DNA from: Octopus sinensis
Taxonomy: Eukaryota
NCBI RefSeq assembly: GCF_006345805.1
Contig: NC_042999.1
Coordinates: 144,894,001-144,958,000, forward strand
DNA length: 64,000 nucleotides
Reading direction: 5' to 3'
The notes beneath the pieces are model-generated. The model made no database searches, was not told where the DNA came from, and saw only the letters and a list, made by a program, of their open reading frames with translations. Positions within the stretch are counted from its first letter, which is position 1; every line of letters begins with the position of its first letter. The translations under genes were made by a program, and so were the position numbers. This document shows positions 36,093 to 48,802 of the stretch, one piece after another.

Positions 36093-39000
36093 ATGCAGAC
36101 TACCTCATTGACGAACGACAGAGACCTTATCTTTGTGGCTGGTGACTTCAATGGTCACGTTGGACGACATGCTGGGGGCTTCCATGGCGTACATGGAGGC
36201 TATGGCTATGGCTCCCGCAACGAGGAGGGAACCAGGCTGCTGGAGTTCTGCGATGCAAATAATCTTATGATTTGCAACACTAACTTCAGGAAACCTACCA
36301 GCCACCTAGTCACTTACCAATCGGGCCAACATACCAGCCAAATTGACTACATCCTTACAAGGCAAAGGGAGAGATGGCTGCTTATAAATGCCAAAACCTT
36401 CCCAGGTGAAGAATGTACCCCACAACATAGACTGGTAGTTAGTGACTTTAGGATCAGGACTAGGAGGACAACCAGAAGACGACAAATATGGAGAAGAAGG
36501 ATCTGGAAGCTTAAAGATCCTGCAAATGGACAGAGATTTAGGGACATATTACTTGAAGCCTCTGACGAAGTAGAAGGGGATAGAGCATCACAGGGGGTAG
36601 AAGACAGCTGGACGTTTCTAAGGGACAACCTGCTGAGAGCCACTGACCAGATCTGTGGCTGGTGCAAAGTCCCCTCTCGACCTAGAATAACGTGGTGGTG
36701 GAACAATATTGTAGACAGGGCTATTAGAGAAAAGAGACAGGCTTGGAAGGTCTGGAAAAATGGGGGTAGCAGGGAATTGTATCAGACTGCCAAAAGAGAA
36801 GCTAGGAGACAGGTTTATTTAGCCAGAGGGGAAGCAGATAAGAAAAAATTTGCCAATGTTCTGCGCCGTGAGGACCAAAGACTGGAGGTGTTTCGTGTTG
36901 CAAGACAGTGTTTGAGAGAGATCGTGATGTGGTAGGAGAGAAGTGTGTTCGCATGGAAGATGGTTCACTTGCGCTAAATGAGGATGCGAAGAGAGAGGTT
37001 TGGAGATGCCACTATGAAAGGTTGCTGAATGAAGAAAATGAATGGGATAAAGAGAGTCTGCCGAATGTTGACCCAACAGAGGGACCAGCTATCCGAGTTG
37101 ATAGTTCTGTGGTAGCTAAGGCAATTAGAAGCATGAAGACAGGGAAAGCCCCAGGCCCATCAGGAATCACTGCAGAGATGCTCAAAATGTCTGGTAGTGT
37201 CGGCTATAGCCTAGTCACCCATATAGTTAATCAGGTGATACACAAGGGGTCATACCCAATGACTGGTGTAGCAGTATAATAGTCAACTGCTACAAAGGTA
37301 AAGGTGATGCCCTAGATACAAATAACTACAGAGGTATCAAGCTGTTGGACCAGGTGATGAAGGTTACGGAGAGGGTCATAGCCCAACTAATTAGAGAGAG
37401 AGTTAGTTTAGATGAGATGCAGTTTGGGTTTGTGCCAGGGAAAAGTACTACTGATGCTATATTCCTGGTAAGGCAGCTGCAGGAGAAATACCTAGCCAAA
37501 GATAAGCCCCTGTACCTGGCTTTTGTTGACATGGAGAAAGCCTTCGACAGGGTCCCCCGATCCCTTATCTGGTGGGCAATGAGAAAACTAGGGATAGATG
37601 AATGGTTAGTGAGAGCTGTGCGGGCCATGTATAGGGACGCCGCTAGTAGGGTGAGGGTTGGAAATGAGTACAGTGAAGAATTCCGGGTAGAGGTAGGGGT
37701 CCACCAAGGCTCAGTACTCAGCCCCCTCCTATTTATCATAGTCCTCCAGGCAATAACGGAGGAATTCAAGACAGGATGCCCTTGGGAGCTCCTCTATGCT
37801 GATGACCTTGCTCTAATTGCTGAGTCGCTATCAGAACTGGAGGCGAAGTTTCAGGTGTGGAAACAAGGATTAGAATCGAAGGGCCTCAGAGTCAATCTAG
37901 CTAAAACCAAAGTCGTAATCAGTAGGAAGGTAGACAAATCACAAACACCTTCAGGTAGATGGCCCTGCTCGATCTGTAGAAAAGGTGTAGGTAGAACTCT
38001 ATAAGATGCACCAAGTGTAAGCTATGGACACATAAGAGATGCAGCAATGTCAAAGGAAGGCTAACTAGGAAGATGGTTTTTGTATGTGGCAGATGCTCAG
38101 GAACAATAAACACTGAAATGCTCTGAGACCAACTTCCGTCACTTTCCAGGGAGAAAAACTAGAAATAGTTGATAGTTTCCGTTACCTAGGTGACCAAGTC
38201 AGCAGCGGGGGTGGGTGTGCTGAAAGTGTAACTGCTAGAGTAAGAATAGCTTGGGCAAAGTTCAGAGAGCTCTTACCTCTGCTGGTGACAAAAGGCCTCT
38301 CGCACAGAGTGAAAGGCAGACTGTATGATGCGTGTGTACGAACAGCCATGCTACATGGCAGTGAAACATGGGCCGTGACTGCTGAGGATATGCGTAAGCT
38401 CGCTAGAAATGAAGCCAGTATGCTCCGATGGATGTGTAATGCCGGTACTCACACTCGGCAGAGTGTAAGTACCTTGAGAGAAAAGCTGGACCTAAGAAGC
38501 ATCAGTTGTGGTGTGCAAGAGAGACGTTTGCGCTGGTATGGTCATGTGGCGAGAATGGATGAAGATAGTTGTGTGAAAAAGTGCCACACCCTAGCGGTTG
38601 AGGGAACCTGTGGAAGAGGCAGACCCAGGAAAACCTGGGACGAGGTGGTGAAGCACGACCTTCGAACTTTAGGTCTCACTGAGGAAATGACTAGAGACCG
38701 AGACCTCTGGAAGTGTGCTGTGCGCGAGAAGACCCGGCAGGACAAGTGAGTCCACAACCCGTGGCCTTCTACATGGGATGGAGCCAGCCTACGTATGCAT
38801 ACCTTCCCTTCTTGGGACACAAAACTCTACTTGTGAAGACGTGTTGAGGCAAGTGAGGATCAGAATCGAAATCGATCAATGGAAATTGCGGATGTGCTAC
38901 CAGTGCCGGTGGCATGTCGAAACTCTGCTTGTGAAGACCCATTGAGGCAAGTGAGGATCAGAATCGAAATCGATCAATGGAAATTGCAGATGTGTTACCA

Positions 39001-39347
39001 GTGCCGTGGCATGTAAGAGAACTTTCCGTTTCGTGACCGTTGCCAGCACCGCCCCGTTTCGTGTCCGTTGCCAGCCTCGCCTGGCCCTCGTGCCGGTGGC
39101 ACATAAAAAGCACCATCCGTTCGTGGCCGTTTGCCAGCTCTGTCTGGCACCAGTGCGGGTGGCACGTAAAAAGCACCCACTACACTCACGGAGTGGTTGG
39201 CGTTAGGAAGGGCATCCAGCCGTAGAAACACTGCCAGATTTGACTGGGCCTGATGAAGCCTTCTGGCTTCACAGACCCCAGTAGAACCGTCCAACCCATG
39301 CTAGCATGGAAAACGGACGCTAAATGATGATGATGATGATGATGATG
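36093..39347 (+). mobile_element. RTE-clade LINE, 5'-truncated and frameshifted (APE C-terminus, RT, 3' UTR, (GAT)n tail)
   Basis: GDFNGHVG, SQIDYIL, QFGFVPGKST, DMEKAFDRV, GVHQGSVLSPLLF, LLYADDL, RLRWYGHVARM, RGRPRKTW split over ORFs 36093-36935, 36908-37279, 37345-38004 and 38285-38749; possible 6-bp TSD AAATAT (36089/39348). Confidence 0.95.
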
Positions 39348-39389
39348 AAATATAACCTGTGTGAATGTATAAATAGCAGCGGTTTGTTG

Positions 39390-40440
39390 GTGAGTGTTGT
39401 ACCAGTGGAAAGGAATGTATTCGAACCTTAGCGAGTATGAACTATCCTCAGCAGAGGAGGAGCTCGATAAGGCAGTAAACAGAATGGACGAGCATTTGGA
39501 AAGAGTAAAGAGTTTGGCTGAGGCTGCAGAGGTAAAGAATAGGGAAGTAGACCTAACCGGACCGAAGGAGCTGTGTAAGATGACAGAAGGTGGGCAGTGA
39601 TGTAAAGTTAATACCCCCGAAAAGGGTTATGGTAAATATGGAAAAGAAAACCATTACCTACAAGGTGCACTCAGTGGAGAGTAGGAAGGTAGAACGGATG
39701 GAGATGGAAAAAGTAGAAAAAGCTCTGAAGGGGCTTTCAAAGGAAGTAAGATACAGCAAAAGGAAACGGATATGGGACGGTGGTTGTCCAGTTTAGGACA
39801 GCAGAGGAGGTAAAGAGGCTGGCGAGTACAACTGTAAAAACTGAGGAACTAGTACTTCTACCCACGCACCTTGGAAGAAAGACATCTAAGGTGAGGGTAG
39901 AAGGAATTCCACGTGGCAGCTGTCTGTCCTCTATGCCACAGAGACGGAGAAAGGAAGCTATAAAGGAAAGATACTGGAAATTATCATACAAGTGGAGGCA
40001 AAGCAGCTGGAAAATTTGGCGGAAACGGTGACGTTGGGAGAAATAGCATTGAGAGTATGGGCAGAGGGCAGAATTCCGCAATGCTTTAAATGTGTCCAAA
40101 AAGGCTACATTGTCCTCTCCAGAAGAAAACAACAGATGAACCAGTTGTGGAGAAGGAGGGGAACAAAAGAAAGTCAGAGGAAAGGAGGAAGAATGGATAG
40201 TAACAGAGTATAAGGAAGAAAAGAAAGAATACTGATTGTGATGTGGTACCCCAGTCCAACTTCATCCTACCCACCCTATATAGACACAAGAACCATCCAC
40301 TCCCTTTCCCCACAGGAAAAAAGAGCAGAAACCACAGAATTTAGAAGACATCTCCACTGGTGAAAAAGGTTACGAAAGAATGTTGTCATTGAGCGATAGT
40401 GAGAGTGGAAATAGAAGGACAAGACAAGAAACTAAAGACG
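39390..40440 (+). mobile_element. Decayed gag-like ORF1 with a CCHC-knuckle remnant
   Basis: Purine-rich broken ORF ending WAEGRIPQCFKCVQKGYI (degenerate CxxCxxxGH). Confidence 0.5.
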
Positions 40441-41964
40441 AATTAGGACTCAGAGGCAGTGAGTGGTGTTACTCAGTGTAGAAATGGATGCAAATTTGTT
40501 ATATAACAGGCAGAATTCTTATTCTGAAAAATACAATGTATCAACCCAAGTATCTTACTGATCCTAGAAGGTTGCAAAATTCAATAGAATTTCCTTTCAA
40601 AACAAAGTATTTTGTCACTCAAACAAATCTACTGGAGGGGCAAAAGTGATATATAGAAATTAACAATTATTATATACTACATAAATCATATATCCCTGTT
40701 CTTCTAGAATTGCACTGTGCTGGAACAGCAACTTTTAGATATAATCCAAATACAACCTATCAGATCATTAACATGTAAAATAGAAAATTTGGAATGAAAG
40801 AATGCAATTCAGCCTTCATTTAGTGTGTTTGCTTGGAACAAACTACTAATACTGTGAAGTTCAACTGAGTACTTTGTAAATGAAAGGCTCATCAGTTATG
40901 TAGTACTGTGACTGCTTGGTATCGAACTATTTCCATATTGTACCTGCTTACAATTAAATGTCATGACATTAATACACTGCTGGTAACAGTATGAACTCCT
41001 GATCCTTTAGCTGGTAGTTGCTATGCAATGAAAGCATACAGTTATAGTGTTCAAGAAAGACCCCTTACCTAAAAAAAAAAAAAAAACTTTTTCAGCCAGT
41101 TGCTTGTTTAGAATGTCTGAGTATTTTTTTGGTACATAATCAGAGCAAGTGGTGATTAACCATTTACATGAAAGCTAAAATATTTATCAATGTGCACAAA
41201 TAAATATACCACCAATAAATTAGCTGGTTAAATCGAATCTGATATTATTTTATTTTACCGGGCGCCGTGCTTAAAGAGCGACAGCTGCCACCGGTTGTTA
41301 AAAATTGCGTCTCCGAAATCTCTTGATTGTGATTCCGCCCAGACGCTCGCAAATCGGCAACTGGGTGTCACTGACGACAAAGACCCTTTTAATAAACTAA
41401 CATTTCATTAACTAACATATACCGCTACTACAATAACTTTAAAGTGATATTGCAATTGAAGTTCTGCTTAAAATTTAAATAAAATCTAAATACAAGCAAA
41501 TATAAGTACATTTTTCGATATTTACAAACAATATCTAATAATTTTCTGTTAGTAGTTAATTATTTTGTTTTAAAGTAAGCTAGGAAAATATCAAAAAAAT
41601 TTATTTGGCATGTATTTCCAGACAATCTTTTCTAAAAGTATCCTACGTAAGGGAGGTAATTCATAGCAAATAGGTTCGCTCTTTAGAGATATCATACTTG
41701 CATTCAATGTCAGTAATAATTGAATAAGTTAAATAAAAATTTAAAAAATCGCTTCTACTAATACATGACTCGTTACTCATACTTGATAATTCAGTTTATA
41801 TAATAGTATTCTACGTTTGTGAAAAGAAAATCACGTTTCACTATCTTAAATTTGTGCGTGTTAGCGTTGATTTTTACCAGTTCTTTATCTTTCACAGCAA
41901 CCACTGTCACTGATTTTATCTTTCAGTTATTTGGTTAACCGGTAATTTTCAGTTGTCTTTTCGA

Positions 41965-42320
41965 CTCTACGCACAAGGCCCGAAATATTTGGGGAGGGGG
42001 CCAGTTGATTATATCGACCCCCAGTGCGTTACTGGTACTTAATTTATCGACCTCGAAAGGATGAAAGGCAAAGTCGACCTCGGCGGAATTTGAACTCAGA
42101 ACGTAACGGCAGACGAAATACCTATTTCTTTACTACCCACAAGGGGCTAAACACAGAGAGGACAGACAAACAGATTAAGTCGATTACATCGACCCCATTG
42201 CGTAACTGGTACTTATTTCATCGACCCCGAAAAGATGAAAGGCAAAGTCGACCTCGGCGGAATTTGAACTCAGAACGTAACGGCAGATGAAATACTGCTA
42301 AGCATATCGCCCGGCAACAG
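41965..42320 (-). mobile_element. Second SINE family, tandemly duplicated
   Basis: Two copies of ACTGGTACTT..ATCGACC.CGAAA.GATGAAAGGCAAAGTCGACCTCGGCGGAATTTGAACTCAGAAC; plus-strand relative at 55963-56160. Confidence 0.8.
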
Positions 42321-43776
42321 CTCTCGCGGTCTGCCGAATATTACTTGTGTTAGATTCTGCCAAGCTGTTCTTATTTATGGTTTTGTATAACTAGTTTGGA
42401 ATCCTTTACTCCTACTTTGTATAGTTATAACTTTTCGCCGAGTAAAAAATTACACTGAATCGGCCATACATACATACACACACATTCAGACATACATATA
42501 CACATACACCGAGTAAAAAATTACTGAATCGGCCATACATACATACACTCACACATACATACATATACATATACACCGAGTAAAAAATTTCAGTTATCTC
42601 TCTTTCACACACTAACAGAAGCACTTCACTTACACAACATACTGTCTGTCTCCCACACCTCATCAAACACACACACACATGTACATCAATGCTTCGGTAA
42701 CTTCAAAAGAAATTCCCTCGTCATAAAATCGCTTCCTCTTAGTCTCTTTCGCTCTCATTACTTCAAATGTTCCCGCAAGCCCATATGTAAAAAAATTAAA
42801 GTTTTGTTACGGAAATCATTGACGGAAACGTGCTACTACAAACGAAAGATCGCCAAATAATCTTTCTTAAAACGAAAACAAATTTTTTCTAAAGAAATTA
42901 AATAAAAATAACACACTACCTGTTTTTGGTACCCCCATCATACTCTTAAAACGTCGTTTTACGTTCTTCTAATAACTTTCAACCGATTTTGTATGAACAT
43001 TTGTTATAAGATCGACAAAGTTTTCGGAATGGTTCACCTTGAAATGGGTGTATTTTGGTGTCACATCTATTTCACCAAACCCATTATTGTACGCACTCCA
43101 AATTTATTTACGTTGTTTAGAAAAAATAATTTATTTTCACGTGTTTACTGTGAAAATCCTTATAAATAATTTATTTTGTTTTTAAAAAAACCCCACCTTA
43201 GGTAGTCGTTGTAAGATCGACTAGCCACGACTAGCTAGCGGGGATGCGCGCACCGGGACCACTCTTCTTAAATAGTAGGTATGTACATACATATATGTAT
43301 GTATACATGCATATATTTATTATATATATATATGTGTGTGTATATAACCTAATGGTTAGGATATTAATTCATAGTTAAATGAAAGCTTGGGAAAGTTCAC
43401 GTGATAAGTGAAAGCAAATCATTTGCAGAAGTGAGTGTAAACTTTAGGACTGTTCACTTCCATATTCTAAAACATAGGAAAATATATTAACAAAAGAAAC
43501 AATAACAAATACGACACCAAATTCGAAATAATTCCTAAAAATAAAATAAAACAACAGGACCCCAGAGGATACGTTTTATTAATAAATATCAGGGTGTTTC
43601 ACGAATGTGTAACATGCAAACTCAATTCACACACACACATGTATAAACAAAGTGTGTGCTGGCATTAAAGTGAATCTACAACGTACCTGATTAATGTATG
43701 TAAAGGCCGAATGGAATGATTTATTTGTGATTATTTGAAATCTGAAAGAAATAATTACAATTTTTCTTTCATACAA

Positions 43777-44724
43777 TTAAGATGATTCTGACAAAGGATA
43801 GTAAGTTCTAATGCATTTTATAAATGACATAAACACCTTCTGCTTATGAGAACGTCGCCAGCAAAATTCTTGTAAATATGTATCAAAGAGATTATCTGAA
43901 GTTCCATGCATGTTGCGATATTTGTCTTTAAATTCTCTCCACGTTCTTTCTATGGTATTTGTATTAAAAGTTGCATTACGAGGATCAACGAAGTGCAGAT
44001 TGCAGTTTATGTCTGAGTGGTTTAACAGTTCTTGATAAGCAAGCCCGCCATCAATAATAATACGAGTCTCTGGCAATACATGCTGAGCAATGATAGGCAA
44101 TAAAGTGGAAGCATTTCGATCGGAGATAGGCACAAAGACACATCTCAGACTTCGGCGTTCTACCATTCCTAGCAACAAACGGTTTTCATAAGGACCAGTA
44201 TAGTGCTTGTGGCGCGTAAATTTCGTTTCGCCAATCTCCACAACCGTCCCTTCGCCTCCAATCTGCATTGCATTATCGTTACACCATACAGCACATATTT
44301 CTCTAAAATAGTTATACCATTTAACAATTGCTTCTGGACCAATACCGACCTGCTCCATAACTACACGTTGTTTGCATTCAAATACTGCCCACCAATATAT
44401 AAGATCTATAAGGCGAGCCAATGGGAGATGGGACCCAGAGAAGAAAGAATCTTGTCTAATACTTCGATAATGCGAGCATACATAGCACCTCCAAGCTTTT
44501 CCATCCGATGAAGTCGATCGAGTCATTAAACGCATTGGTTGATTACAGCACATTGCTGAATTATGAATTAATCCCAAAGAGGCAAGAAAGTTGATTGTAC
44601 TTTCATTGTTCATTGTCATCGCATGAATATCCCGAAAAACGTAACTCTTTTCGGTCAGCTTATCAGCATCAATAATTTCATCTACAATTCTCCCGGTTGT
44701 TTTTCGTTTCACAGGGCCAGCCAT
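43777..44724 (-). CDS. Merlin/IS1595 (ISXO2-like) transposase-derived protein, 315 aa, intact ORF
   Basis: Zn finger CCNQPM..DGKAWRCYVC, SIRQDSFFSGSHL, WYNYFREIC, IGGEGTVVEIGETKF, R.ASTLLPIIAQHVLPET.IIIDG..AY, FVDP..NTNTIERTW, YLQEFCWRR. Confidence 0.88.
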   Translation of the reverse strand: MAGPVKRKTTGRIVDEIIDADKLTEKSYVFRDIHAMTMNNESTINFLASLGLIHNSAMCCNQPMRLMTRSTSSDGKAWRCYVCSHYRSIRQDSFFSGSHLPLARLIDLIYWWAVFECKQRVVMEQVGIGPEAIVKWYNYFREICAVWCNDNAMQIGGEGTVVEIGETKFTRHKHYTGPYENRLLLGMVERRSLRCVFVPISDRNASTLLPIIAQHVLPETRIIIDGGLAYQELLNHSDINCNLHFVDPRNATFNTNTIERTWREFKDKYRNMHGTSDNLFDTYLQEFCWRRSHKQKVFMSFIKCIRTYYPLSESS

Positions 44725-44954
44725 TTCTGGTTTATATTAGATGTTTCTAAATAAACTTTCGATTTCCAAAAATACACTCAAATTTTAACTGAGTTTTAGT
44801 CCACTATTGCCAAACATTGTTTTACTTTCACTTTATTAAAATAAATCACTGTAATTCAGATCATCAATGTTTATAATGTCAGTTACAATTACGATACCTG
44901 TCATCTGAAGAAATCTTTCTGTATTCGTATATTAAGTCATGCAGATGCTTTATC

Positions 44955-46380
44955 GGCATTCCTTCGATATAACTCAACAACATTTGACGGTACAGTTCGG
45001 GTATCTTCGATGTAACTCGACAATTCACTTCGGATATCTCCGTGACAACTGCTAAAATGGGAGGAGGAGAAGAAAGCTAATGGGTTGTGTGTGCGTGCGT
45101 GCTTGTTCTTGTCTATCTGTGTTTGTGTTCTATATAAAAACAGAACAGGTACACACACAGACAAGAACAAGCACTCACACACACCTCATTAGCTTTCTTC
45201 TCCTCCTCCTCCCATTTCAACAGTTGTCACGGAGATATCCGAAGTGAATTGTCGAGTTATATCGAATTGATGTTTTGGTTTCGTCGAGTTATATCGAAAG
45301 AACGCCAAAAAAAAAAAATTATTTTCACACATTCTACCAGTATACGAAGTTTAAACGTGTTTAGTTAACTAGAAATTGTGTTGAAAACTGCCGTTCAAAA
45401 GGAAAAGATTCTGTTTTTGTTCAGCTTTCGTGTAAATCAAAAATGATATCGGTTTCACCATCTCATGAAAAAAAAAAAAGTTAAGAAATAGAATGTTTTT
45501 ACGTAAATTGCCGAACACGTAGTTACATCGAAGATACCCGAACTGTACCGTCAAATGTTGTTGAGTTATATCGAAGGAATGCCTTTTTTTCTTTTGGCTT
45601 TCTTGAGAAAATTGTAATTTGTAAATTTAACGTAGTTTAATTTTTCGAATTTTAACCAATCAATCGCCTCTATTGAGCTAAAATCATTTGCTGCGTCTAA
45701 AACTGAGACAACATCCTGTCACTAACCCTAACTCTAACCCTAACCCTAACTTTTAGCCTTTCGTTTTTTTTCTTAATTGTTAAATTAATATAGTTGTTAC
45801 GCGTGTGTCTAAAATTATTCGTTTTGTTTTTGTTTTGAGATACTATTTTCCATTGCTTAAGAAAAAAAAACGAAAGCAATGGAAAATAATTTAAACAATT
45901 AACAAAATAATTCTATTATTTTATACACACGTTTCCCGTACGTAAACATAACAGTGACAGGATGTTGTCTCAGTTTTAGACGCAGCAAATGATTTTACCT
46001 CAATAGAGGCGATTGATTGGTTAAAATTCGAAAAATTAAACTACGTTAAACTTACAAATTACAATTTTCTCAAGAAAGCCAAGAGAAAAAAATATTTTAT
46101 TTTGACATATTCTACCAGTATACGAAGTTTAAAAGTGTTTAGTTAACTAGAGATTGTGTTGAAAACGGCCGTTCAAAAAGGAAAAGATCCCCAAAACACA
46201 CTCAGGCATACATACATCCTTTTTTTTTTTTTTTGGCATTCCTTCGATATAACTTGACAAGATTTGACATTTCACTTCGGATATCTCCGTGACAGTTGCT
46301 GAAATGGGAGGAGGAGAAGAAAGTTTATGGGTTGTACGTGCGTGTTTGTTCTTATCTGTGTCAATGTGTGCGTGCCAGCA
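44955..46380. repeat. Nested palindromes and direct repeats (non-autonomous DNA transposons) including (CCCTAA)n
   Basis: Inverted pairs 44955-45018/45521-45583, 45010-45130/45142-45265 and 45586-45723/45953-46090; direct repeat 45331/46109; TAACCC x4 at 45723-45750. Confidence 0.8.
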
Positions 46381-46636
46381 ATGTCTCATTTTAAACTTGA
46401 AGGAAAAAAAGCTTGATTATTTGTTCCTAACCTGGGTGTAACTTCGGTATAAGTACCGGATACATTCCAAGAAAGTGTATTTTTATTATATTGGGGGTGG
46501 GAGAAAAGAGTTTCTGTTATCTTCAGAAAATGTAAACAAAGTCACGTGTGTACTTGTACCGAAGGATCGCCCTTAACCTGCTTCATGTGTGTATGGAAAA
46601 TCTGCAAATTTCCAAGCAACACGCATCAATTACACT

Positions 46637-46842
46637 ACTCGTTTCAGTCATGTGACTGTGGCCATGCTTGAGCACCGCCTTTAGTCGAGAGAATCGACCC
46701 CAGGACTTATTCTTTGTAAGCCTAGTACTTATTCTATCACTCTCTTTTGCCGAACCGCTAAGTTACGGGGACGTAAACACACCAGCATCGGTTGTCAAGC
46801 GATGTTGGCGAAACAAACACAGACACACAAGCATACACACAC

Positions 46843-46897
<55 letters not shown>

Positions 46898-47025
46898 GCT
46901 TCTTTCAGTTTCGGTCGTCCCGAGGCTATAGTAGAATCACTTGCTCAAGGTGCCACGCAGTGGGACTGAACCCGGAACCATGTGGTTCGTAAGCAAGCTA
47001 CTTACCACTCAGCCACTCCTTCGCC
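46637..47025 (-). mobile_element. tRNA-derived SINE, full length
   Basis: Same family as 31991-32366. Confidence 0.85.
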
Positions 47026-48802
47026 TATAGGAAAATAAAGAAATTTTTTTCCTTAAATTGCTAAACACAGATATGACATATATGAATACCAAAAGATTGT
47101 CATTGTTTATGGTGTTGTCTTTCGTTTCTTGAAAGCTTTACACACACATTTTCCATACCAGTTAGCGACATGTATGTATGTCATTATTCAGTTTATTTCA
47201 AGATTTCTAGCCAATAAAGAACCGGTTTCTAACCTCGATCCAAGGTTCATTCATTGGATTTTCAACATCAACAACAGGGTATTTTTGTATGTATGTATTT
47301 ATGTGCAGATTAGTATGTTTTATCTATGTATTCTCATGCATAGAGTTACATATCTAGACATGCTCATATATATTTAAATGATAAACTTCTGGAAAGTTTT
47401 ACAGATTTTTACCATTCCAGTGATGGATTCCATCTGTAACCTTCGAATTAGCTTTCACGTTTCTGGTTTTGAGAAGCCACATTTCTCAAGATTGGTATTT
47501 AGGCAATGTGTTACATATCCCAGGACCCTAATAATTACAGGTATAAACCTGAACTTGTAATCTGGATAGAGCAACTGTAGATTTCCCTCAGAGCGAAAAG
47601 CAGATGATATGATGCCTTTGTATGAACAGCTATGCTACATGGGAGTGAGACATAGGCTGTAACTATTGAGGACATGTGAAGGCTTGATGGGTAATGTTAA
47701 CATACGTGTGACAATGTACACTAAATTGAGTATAAGAGGCATCAGATGTAGTTTGAAAGAGAGAAGGGGTGGTCTCTATTTGCAGAGGGAACATGTAGAA
47801 GATATGGGGTAAAGTGGTGAGAAAGGATCTTCAGACGTTGGGCCTCGCTGAGATGACAGTGGAAGAGACTTCTGGCATTTTGCTGTGCTTAAGAAGACAC
47901 ATCTAGGTAAGTAAAAGTGTAGCTATCTATACAAACAGGCATGTTCCTCTGTCAGCCAAGAGGTCCTCGTTTTGTGGTCTCATGTAGGCTGGTGCCACAT
48001 AAAAAGTACCTGTGTTTGTGTCACATAAGGACCTGTACCAGTGCCACCTAGAGCTGCACATGTTTGGGGGCTATGTAAAAAGCATGCATGTACACACATT
48101 CTACAAAGACACCAAGCTTAAAGATGCACCCATTTCCCCATAAACCCTTTTCCAGAAAACTCTAGCCAACTTACAACAACCACCCACAGAGATGGTGTTT
48201 TTTGGTACCAAGGGACATAACTCTTAACTTAACCCTGGTTTGATTTATTTCATTGTCTTTTTTATAGCAACCACAAACTGGATTCGTCTGCTCGCCTTCA
48301 ACAATAGAGAGCAGTCACCATATTTCATACCATAATGGCTTTCTCTGTGGAGCACAAGGTTACATAATCAGGCTGTTACCTAACACTCTGTTGAACCTCT
48401 CGCGTGAAACTGATTTGTAAGATTGGCTGTAATGGAGATATAATATTAGTATACCCACTCTACTAACAATTCAACAAGTGCATTTTTTCCTGACTTATGG
48501 ATTCTTAGACGTCTCTCTCTCTCTCTCTGTATATATATATATATATAATTAATAATATCAAAGGGTAATCAGAAATATTCGAAATTTCTATTACCAGTGG
48601 CCTAGCATGTAAAAATTTAGTCGATAGACTCTGTATTATTCATATAAATACAGTGTACATTTAAACACATAAGAGGTATCCATCATAGGATTCATTGCAT
48701 GCTAGAGAGGACAGTTAAATTCTAAACCACTATTAGGAATAAAAATTCGAAGGGAATGAAAAATAAAAACATTTACCATCTAACTCCAGCTAAATAGTAA
48801 AT

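Noticed and set aside
36093-38749. Active, retrotransposition-competent RTE
   Set aside because: 5'-truncated within the endonuclease, with several frameshifts.
45723-45750. Chromosome-fusion telomere relic
   Set aside because: Only about four units, positioned inside a transposon-like inverted repeat.
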